Part shown: piece after piece, positions 57,457-64,000 of the stretch | Layout: each line of letters begins with the position of its first letter | How positions within the stretch are numbered: position 1 is the stretch's first letter | Source: Planctomycetota bacterium | GTDB lineage: Bacteria > Planctomycetota > GCA-002687715 > DRQF01 | Direction of reading: 5' to 3' | Length of the DNA stretch: 64,000 nucleotides | Assembly (NCBI GenBank): GCA_011369445.1 | Contig: DRQF01000195.1 | Location: 3,262-67,261 of the forward strand | Notes under the pieces: model-generated | Database searches by the model: none | What the model saw: the letters and a program-made list of their open reading frames with translations, nothing else | Told to the model about the DNA's origin: nothing | Position numbers and translations under genes: made by a program

Positions 57457-60400
57457 TCAACGTTCCTGCACGTTCGGCACGGATCGCCGAGACCGGTCGC
57501 CCCGGGTCAACCAGGCGATGCTCCGGCGGGACAGACGACGCAGGTCATCCAAGAGTGTGTATCCGATCGGCACCACCAAGAGAGTGGCGAAGGTGGAGAC
57601 GATGAGCCCACCGATGACGCCTCTCGAGAGAGCTTGGTAGGCCACGAATGACGTGCTGCGCTCCGCCAGGGCCATGGGCACAAGCCCCACCACCGTGGTC
57701 GCCGTCGTCATGAGGATCGGCCGGATTCGTGTTCGAGCGGCAAAGAGGAGGGCTTCGCGACGGGCGGTCCCGGACCTCACGAGGCTGTGCGCCGAATCCA
57801 GGAAAACGATGCCGTTGTTCACGACGATGCCGATCAGAACGATGGCGCCGATCATGCCCACGAAGTCGAGGGATGTCTTCGTGAGAGCGAGCATCCACCA
57901 GGCTCCCAAGAGAGCGAAGGGGATGGTGAGGAAAACGGCTTGGGGCAGAAGTACGGATTCGAAAAGAATGCCCATCAGGAGGAGGACGAGGACGATGGCG
58001 AGCAAGCCCGTGAACATGAGCTCCCGCTGTTCCTTCGCGAGGTCCGCGCTGCTCGTTTCCTTGAAGCTGTACCCGGGCGGCAGGGGATAGGCGTCTTGGA
58101 GCCGCCTGACCGCGGCGAGGGCATCGTCTCTCTGCCCGGCTTCGGGTTCGACCGTCAACTGACAGGAGAGCTGTCCATTGGTCTTCACGATGCTCCCGTA
58201 TCCCCGGCGGAAGTAGATGTCGGCCAGATTGGACAGGGGGAGTATCGTTCCAGTCCGCGAGAAGATGCCCAACCCCTGGAGGTCGGCGGCGGACGCTTCG
58301 GACGATTCCTCGTACTCGATGACCATCTGCATCTTTCGGTCGCCGATGTGCAGATCGGGGAGTCTTTGGCCACGAATCCCGAATTGGATCGTCCCCATCA
58401 GGACGCGGGGGTCCACGCCAAGCCTCTGCATGCGCTCTCGATCCGGTGCGACGACGATCTCCTCGTTCGTTCTCCCGATGCCACCTTTGACGGAGACGAC
58501 GCCTTTCGCATCGCTGAGGGTTTCCTTGAGGTCGTCGGCGATCTCCGCCAATCGATCGATGTCCTTGCCGTAGACCCGAAGCTGGATCGTGGATTTCTCC
58601 TCGTTCTGTCGTTCCACGCCTACGCGAATCTTCGCTCCCGGAATCTTGGGTAGCTGCTTCTTGAGAGTGCGGATGAACTCCTTTGTACGTGCGACGTCAT
58701 GGTGATCGACGCTCATGATGATCGCTCCGCCGTTGTGGCGGAACCAGAGGTAGTAAAACGAGATGCCCCACTCGGGTTTCATCTCGTCGACGACTTTCTG
58801 GATCTCGCGGAATACGTCGTTGGCGCTCTTGAGCGTGTAGTTGGCTTCGAGCTCCACGTCGAGACGGATGAACCCCGAAGCCTCCTCCGAGAACGGATTC
58901 AGCTCGATACGGTCCTTCGACGCGTACTGAAGCGCGGAGCAGACGAGGAGGACGACGGCCAGGGAGTGGAATCGGTGGTCGAGCGCGAAATTGAGAACCC
59001 GCCCGTGCCACCTGGTCAGTGCGTCCAACTGCCGACCGAGGAACGTGGAGACTCCGTGGAAGGGGAAGAACGGCACGAAAAGGAGAGCTCGGAGCCGGCT
59101 CATGGGCTCCACCCCGGGATGCTGCTTCCCCGCGATCGCGTCACGGGCGCGGTCGAGCAACGAGTGTTCCGTGGCGCTTCCGCCTCTGCGGTAGAGCACG
59201 ATCGTGCCCAGGGGAATGAAGGCGAGCGCGACCACGAGCGACGCGAGGACGGAATAGCATACCGGAAGGCCGATCGCCTTCGTGAAGAGCGCCGCGTCCG
59301 CAGAAGCATTCATGAAGATGAGCGGGACAAAGGCGGCCACCGTCGTCAAGGTGGCGAGCGTGACCGCGAGTGCGACCTCCGCCGTTCCCTCGAGGGCCGC
59401 TTGGTGCGCCGGCATGTCGTCCTGCAGGCGTCGGTAGATCGATTCCACCACGACGATCGAGTTGTCCACGAGCATGCCGACGGCGATCGTGATGCCCATC
59501 ATGCTGAGGATGTTCAGCGTTCCGCCGTCAAAGTAGATCCACGCCAGCGCCATGATGAGAGACAGAGGAATCGCCAGCGTGATGATCAGGGTCATCCGGA
59601 CCCTGCGAAGGAAGAGGAAGAGCGGCAGAATCGCCAGGAGCCCCCCCAGGAGGGCCGAGCGAATGAGGCTGGAGAGAGACGTCTCGATGACGTGGCCGAA
59701 GTCTCGTTCCACGGGGCGAAACCAGGACCAGCCCTCCTCGATGAGGCGCGGGTCCTTCGTGATCTTCTCGTCGAGTTTCTTCCGCAGCCTTCGGCAGACC
59801 TCCACCGTGTTGGCGCTGCTCTCCTTGTTGACCTGCAGCCAGATGGACTGCTTCCCGTTGAGGCGGAAGATGAAATCTCTAAGCGCCGGGCGCGTCGTCA
59901 CTTCCGCGACTTCGCTGAGGGGCAACCCCGGCCGAATGGGCCAGTCTCGGATTTCGTCGAGGTCACGGAATCGCCCGAGGGATCTCAGATAGAAGAAGCG
60001 TCCGCCCTGCTCGATCTTGCCTCCGACGGCGTCCTTGTTGTCCGCCGCGATGGCTTGCGCGATCTGGAAGAGCGAAACGCCTGAAGCGCGAGCTTTCTCC
60101 CGATTCACGAAGATCCGCACCGTGTCTTCGACCACGCCCATGGCGCGCACGCGCGCCACCCCGTCGACGGCTTCGATCTCCTTGATGACCTTCTCGTCCA
60201 CGAGGAAGGATGTGTCCTCCTTCCATTCGTCGAGGAGAATGCCGAACTGCAGAATCGGAAGATCGGAGTCGAGGTTGAAACGGAACGTGAAGTATTCCTG
60301 GACCTCATCCGGCCAGGAAAGTTTCGCGACCTCCATCAGATCTCGAACTTGAGCGAAGGCCTCGTCCGCGTCGACGCCCTTGGCAAACGTGATGTTGATC

Positions 60401-60690
60401 CTCGCGTTGTCCTTCGAGGACGTCGATTGGATTTGCTCCAGCCCGGGGATCTGCCGCAGAACTTCCTCGGTCGGCTTCGTGACCTGTTCTTCGACCTCGA
60501 CGGGATTCGCGTCGGGAACGGGGATGTTGACGCTGACGTTGGGTGAGACGAAACCCGAGGGAAGTAACTCGAGAGGCACTCCGGTGGCCGCGATCACCCC
60601 CACGAGCATCGTGGCGACGAGCAGCATGAGGATCGTCACCGGTCTGTGGAGCGTAAAGCGGACGAGCCTGCGAATCCGATCGTCGGGCAT
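57457..60690 (-). CDS. RND-superfamily efflux transporter (AcrB/HAE-type), downstream subunit
   Basis: The N-terminus MPDDRIRRLVRFTLHRPVTILMLLVATMLVGVIAATGVPLELLP, 12 TM helices and two large periplasmic loops. The start at 60690 overlaps the upstream stop by 1 nt (GTGATG). The track ORF to 61071 is an out-of-frame overlap with the upstream gene. Confidence 0.9.
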   Translation of the reverse strand: MPDDRIRRLVRFTLHRPVTILMLLVATMLVGVIAATGVPLELLPSGFVSPNVSVNIPVPDANPVEVEEQVTKPTEEVLRQIPGLEQIQSTSSKDNARINITFAKGVDADEAFAQVRDLMEVAKLSWPDEVQEYFTFRFNLDSDLPILQFGILLDEWKEDTSFLVDEKVIKEIEAVDGVARVRAMGVVEDTVRIFVNREKARASGVSLFQIAQAIAADNKDAVGGKIEQGGRFFYLRSLGRFRDLDEIRDWPIRPGLPLSEVAEVTTRPALRDFIFRLNGKQSIWLQVNKESSANTVEVCRRLRKKLDEKITKDPRLIEEGWSWFRPVERDFGHVIETSLSSLIRSALLGGLLAILPLFLFLRRVRMTLIITLAIPLSLIMALAWIYFDGGTLNILSMMGITIAVGMLVDNSIVVVESIYRRLQDDMPAHQAALEGTAEVALAVTLATLTTVAAFVPLIFMNASADAALFTKAIGLPVCYSVLASLVVALAFIPLGTIVLYRRGGSATEHSLLDRARDAIAGKQHPGVEPMSRLRALLFVPFFPFHGVSTFLGRQLDALTRWHGRVLNFALDHRFHSLAVVLLVCSALQYASKDRIELNPFSEEASGFIRLDVELEANYTLKSANDVFREIQKVVDEMKPEWGISFYYLWFRHNGGAIIMSVDHHDVARTKEFIRTLKKQLPKIPGAKIRVGVERQNEEKSTIQLRVYGKDIDRLAEIADDLKETLSDAKGVVSVKGGIGRTNEEIVVAPDRERMQRLGVDPRVLMGTIQFGIRGQRLPDLHIGDRKMQMVIEYEESSEASAADLQGLGIFSRTGTILPLSNLADIYFRRGYGSIVKTNGQLSCQLTVEPEAGQRDDALAAVRRLQDAYPLPPGYSFKETSSADLAKEQRELMFTGLLAIVLVLLLMGILFESVLLPQAVFLTIPFALLGAWWMLALTKTSLDFVGMIGAIVLIGIVVNNGIVFLDSAHSLVRSGTARREALLFAARTRIRPILMTTATTVVGLVPMALAERSTSFVAYQALSRGVIGGLIVSTFATLLVVPIGYTLLDDLRRLSRRSIAWLTRGDRSRRSVPNVQER

Positions 60691-63600
60691 CACCTGCCTC
60701 CTCTCGGGCCGGTGAGGAGCCGGTCCAGGCCCTGGTGCGCCAGGGAGTAGATCACGGGAATGATGACCAGAGTCAGGACGGTCGACGTCGCCAATCCCGC
60801 GATCACGGTGAGAGCCATCGGAACCCGAATCTCCGCCCCTTCCCCCTGGGAGAGGGCCATGGGAAGGAGGCCCAGAATCGTCGTGGCCGTCGTCATCATG
60901 ATCGGTCTTAGCCGCAGCATGCCTCCGCGACGAATCGCTTCGGTTCGACTCAGGCCCTCCCGGTGGAGTCGATTGATGCAGTCGATGAGGACGATTGCGT
61001 TGTTGACGACGATGCCGGCCAGCATGATGCCGCCGATGAAGACGACCACGCTCGCCGGAGTGTGCGTCCATGCGAGAGCGAAGACGGCGCCCACGCCCGC
61101 GAAGACGCTCGAAACCATGATGACGAGAGGATCGAGCAGGGACTCGAATTGGCTCGCCATGACGATGTAGACCAGAACCAGGGCCAGCCCCAACGCGAAG
61201 ATGAGCGCCGAACTCGATCGCTCGGCCTCCTCCGATTGGCCCGCCGTCTTGACGACGATCCCCTCGAAAGCGAGGGGGTCCGATCTTCGGAGGGCCTCCA
61301 CGTCGGAATGGATGCGTCGCGTCGCCTCCTCGAGATCGACTCCCCGCGGCTTGGCCGTCAAGACTTGGGCCCTCTGTCCGCCTATGTGCCTGATTTCGGA
61401 AGGTCCCCGGCCTTGATGGATCTCGGCGACCTGCTCGAGCCGCACGGGTTGGGACGGGTCGCCGCTGATGTTCAAGTGACGAAGCACGTCGACGCTGCGG
61501 AGAGACTCGTCGGGGATTTTCACCAGCACGTCGATCTTGCGCGCCTCATCGGGGACCGAGAAACGGGTCGGGACGGTGCCTTTGATCTTGTCGCGGAGGA
61601 CGCCCGATGCCTGAGCGAGCGTGACTCCGTGCTCGGCCAAGAGCACGCGGTCGTACCGCACGACGAACTCAGGTGAACCCTGCTGAAGCGAACTCTGGAT
61701 GTCTTCCAGATATCCGGACGCCTCCAGCGTCTCGCTGATGCGCGTCGTGAGGCGACTGACACGGGCAAGGTCGTCGCCCAGAACTTGGATCTCGAGGGGG
61801 GTCGAGAAACTGAAGAGTCTGGGGGAGGTGAAGGCGACGTCACCCACTTCCGCCATGGACGCGAATTCTTTGCGAACGACGTCCTCGACCTGCTTCTCGG
61901 CCTCGGCCATGTTCGGCCCGACGGGCAAGGTAAGGAAGATTCGGGCGGTGTGGGGGCCTTCTCCGGCGGGTGCCACTTCGTCTCGGGCGATTCCCACGCT
62001 GCTGGCATAGCCGACGAGATTCAGGCGTCCCGCGTCTCGAGCTTGTCGGATGCGCTCTTCCATTCTGGCGGTGATGGCCGCGGTGTTCTCGAGGCTGGTC
62101 CCCACGGGCTGGGGGGCGTGCACGATGATCTCGCCGGAATGCATCTCGGGAATCAGCTCGACACCGATCGAGTCCTTCTCCATCCATGCCATCCAAGCCA
62201 GGGCGACGCTGAGGACCACGACCAGAAGGCGCATGCGAAGTGCCGCCGTGATCACGGCTCCGTAGGAGCGTTCGGTGAATCGGAAGAACGCATCGAATAC
62301 ACGCCCGATAGGGAGCAACAGCCCCCGGATCAGCCTGAAAAGGAGGATCGACGGGGCGACCACGAGCCCGAGCACGAGGACAGCGACCGTCCACACAATC
62401 CTTCCGGAGAACTCGAGTAAAGCCATGAGGATCTGCAGGGGGATCACGGCCACGGTCCCCGCGAGCCCGATCAAGACGGGCTTCGAGCGACGCCAGGCGA
62501 GGAGACCCTTGAAGGACTTCACGGCCGCCCAGTCAGTCCAGCAGCTTCGCAGGGTTCCTGCAAACGATCGCTTTTCCGTACCGCTGCCGGCGAGACTGAA
62601 ACCGCGACAGGAGATGGCGGGGATGAAGAAGATCGCGACGGCAAGCGAGGCCAAGAGGGAGAAAACCACGGTGAGGGATTGGTCCCGGAAGATCTCGCCA
62701 GCCACGCCCTCCACGAAGACGATGGGGAAGAACACGGCCACCGTCGTGAGGACCGACGCGACCACCGCAGCCGCCACCTGCCGCGTTCCGTTGACCGCGG
62801 CCGCTTCGAGCCCAGCCCCGTCTCTCCGGACCCGGTCGATGGATTCCAAAACGACGATGGATGCGTCGACGAGCATGCCGATTCCCAGGGCGAGTCCGCC
62901 CAGCGACATGACGTTGAGGCTCACGTCGAACTGCATCATGGGCCCGAACGTGGCGATCACGGACACGGGAATGGCCACCGCGATGATCAAGGTCGACCGG
63001 AGATTCCGAAGGAAGAGTAGAAGAATGAGAATGGCGAAGAACGCGCCCTGGATGCCGGTGTTCTTTACCTCGTCCAGGGACTTCTCGATGAACGTGCTTT
63101 GATCGGACAGGACGCGGAGCGCCATTCCCGGGGGAAGGGTGGAGACGAGTCGGCGGACGACCTTCTCCTCCTTCTTCCGACCACCGCCCCGAGAGGACGA
63201 GGACCCCGAGGGAGACGTCTTCGGCTCGCGAGAGGGGTCGTACTCCCCTCGCACCAACGTCGTGCGCCAATTCGGTCCGAAGAGCGCGGACTTCACGGCC
63301 TGGGCCACCGCGATGATGTTGGCCGAGTCTTCCTTGAAGATCGCAATCTCGACGCTGGGGCGGCCGTTGATGCGCGTGACGACGTCCGGTTCCTTGGCGC
63401 CTCGGTACACGCGAGCGAGGTCGCCCAGGCGGATCAAGCGGTCGCCGACGGTGGCGACGATGAGCTGACGAATCTCGTCGACGGTGCGGAATTCGTTGAG
63501 TGTTCGGACGAGGTATTCGGTGTCGCCCTCGCGGAGGATGCCGCTGGCGAGATTGACGTTCTCCTCCTGAAGACGGGTCTTGATCGTCTCCAGCGCGACC

Positions 63601-64000
63601 TGGGAGCGCATGAGGGCGTTCTCGTCCAGATCGATGCGGATCTCGGATTCGAAGCCGCCTCGGACCTTCACGGCCGCCACGCCCGCGATGCTCTCCAGCT
63701 CCTTTTTGAGTCGTTCTTCTCCCTGGAAGCGCAGACGCACCAAGTCGGCGTCGCCGTACAGGCCGATGCGCATCACGGGATCGAGGCTCGGATCGTACTT
63801 CAGCAGCAAGGGCTTCGAGATGTCCCTCGGGAGAAAAGGGCGGACCTGGTCGACCTTCTCGCGGACGTCCTGGGCCGCGAAATTCATGTTCGTGTCCCAC
63901 TCGAATTCCAGGACGATGTCGGAGACGCCCGCGCGGGAAACGGATCGGAAGCCCTGGAGGTGACCTATGACCGAGAGATTGTCCTCGAGGGGCTTCGTGA
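60690..64000 (-). CDS. RND-superfamily efflux transporter (AcrB/HAE-type), upstream subunit; 5' end beyond the window
   Basis: The frame stays open from 63887 to 64000 (...TKPLEDNLSVIGHLQGFRSVSRAGVSDIVLEFEWDTNMNFAAQDVREKV), which is the RND porter-domain region about 100 aa into the protein. The true start therefore lies past 64000. Confidence 0.9.
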   Translation of the reverse strand, partial: TKPLEDNLSVIGHLQGFRSVSRAGVSDIVLEFEWDTNMNFAAQDVREKVDQVRPFLPRDISKPLLLKYDPSLDPVMRIGLYGDADLVRLRFQGEERLKKELESIAGVAAVKVRGGFESEIRIDLDENALMRSQVALETIKTRLQEENVNLASGILREGDTEYLVRTLNEFRTVDEIRQLIVATVGDRLIRLGDLARVYRGAKEPDVVTRINGRPSVEIAIFKEDSANIIAVAQAVKSALFGPNWRTTLVRGEYDPSREPKTSPSGSSSSRGGGRKKEEKVVRRLVSTLPPGMALRVLSDQSTFIEKSLDEVKNTGIQGAFFAILILLLFLRNLRSTLIIAVAIPVSVIATFGPMMQFDVSLNVMSLGGLALGIGMLVDASIVVLESIDRVRRDGAGLEAAAVNGTRQVAAAVVASVLTTVAVFFPIVFVEGVAGEIFRDQSLTVVFSLLASLAVAIFFIPAISCRGFSLAGSGTEKRSFAGTLRSCWTDWAAVKSFKGLLAWRRSKPVLIGLAGTVAVIPLQILMALLEFSGRIVWTVAVLVLGLVVAPSILLFRLIRGLLLPIGRVFDAFFRFTERSYGAVITAALRMRLLVVVLSVALAWMAWMEKDSIGVELIPEMHSGEIIVHAPQPVGTSLENTAAITARMEERIRQARDAGRLNLVGYASSVGIARDEVAPAGEGPHTARIFLTLPVGPNMAEAEKQVEDVVRKEFASMAEVGDVAFTSPRLFSFSTPLEIQVLGDDLARVSRLTTRISETLEASGYLEDIQSSLQQGSPEFVVRYDRVLLAEHGVTLAQASGVLRDKIKGTVPTRFSVPDEARKIDVLVKIPDESLRSVDVLRHLNISGDPSQPVRLEQVAEIHQGRGPSEIRHIGGQRAQVLTAKPRGVDLEEATRRIHSDVEALRRSDPLAFEGIVVKTAGQSEEAERSSSALIFALGLALVLVYIVMASQFESLLDPLVIMVSSVFAGVGAVFALAWTHTPASVVVFIGGIMLAGIVVNNAIVLIDCINRLHREGLSRTEAIRRGGMLRLRPIMMTTATTILGLLPMALSQGEGAEIRVPMALTVIAGLATSTVLTLVIIPVIYSLAHQGLDRLLTGPRGGR

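Overview
High-GC, densely coding bacterial chromosomal segment with about 55 protein genes. I recognised no rRNA, tRNA, CRISPR array, transposase, integrase or phage gene. Most long ORFs in the track that lie antisense to the calls below are Arg/Pro/Gly-rich shadow frames typical of high-GC DNA.

Gene content, left to right:
- FG-GAP/ASPIC protein (5' truncated).
- purD.
- Iron block: fur, a Fur box, feoA, feoB, and a small unannotated FeoB-associated Cys-rich ORF. It continues with a prenyltransferase-like lipoprotein, a membrane protein, a NIL-domain protein and a porin with a long structured leader.
- ctaA, a C1 peptidase and a lamin-tail-domain protein.
- A translationally coupled Zn-ribbon / methyltransferase / WaaG-like glycosyltransferase trio. 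It is convergent with an MPG glycosylase coupled to an LPS-kinase-like gene.
- PQQ-type sugar dehydrogenase, Na+/solute symporter, SRAP peptidase, M28 (PSMA-like) peptidase and a GH42-like protein.
- Two tandem membrane-anchored CarboxypepD_reg-repeat proteins.
- A minus-strand chaperone supercluster: groEL2-groES-groEL1-dnaJ-grpE-Zn ribbon-yacG, with no dnaK or hrcA in the window.
- NPCBM protein, BatA/vWA protein, pdxA, SPOR-like protein, small basic protein, queE and der.
- A lipoprotein, a histone H1-like Lys/Ala-repeat protein and a DUF1570-like protein.
- HEAT+vWA protein, O-antigen-ligase/TPR protein, ftsY-nusB-ribH and a secreted hypothetical protein.
- Two tandem RND pumps, the last truncated by the window edge.

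The gene repertoire resembles Planctomycetota-like or related environmental high-GC lineages. That placement is inference only.

The most unusual locus is the roughly 860-bp AT-enriched non-coding gap at 25.29-26.15 kb. It holds a near-consensus sigma70 promoter on the minus strand, a structured RNA of about 350 nt with no credible ORF, and two tandem intrinsic terminators directly upstream of the M28 peptidase gene. This could be an unclassified riboswitch/attenuator leader or an sRNA. I could not match it by eye to tmRNA, RNase P, SRP, 6S or common riboswitch consensus sequences.

I found no clear multi-gene novel system such as a defence island. All functional calls rest on by-eye motif recognition, not on database searches.
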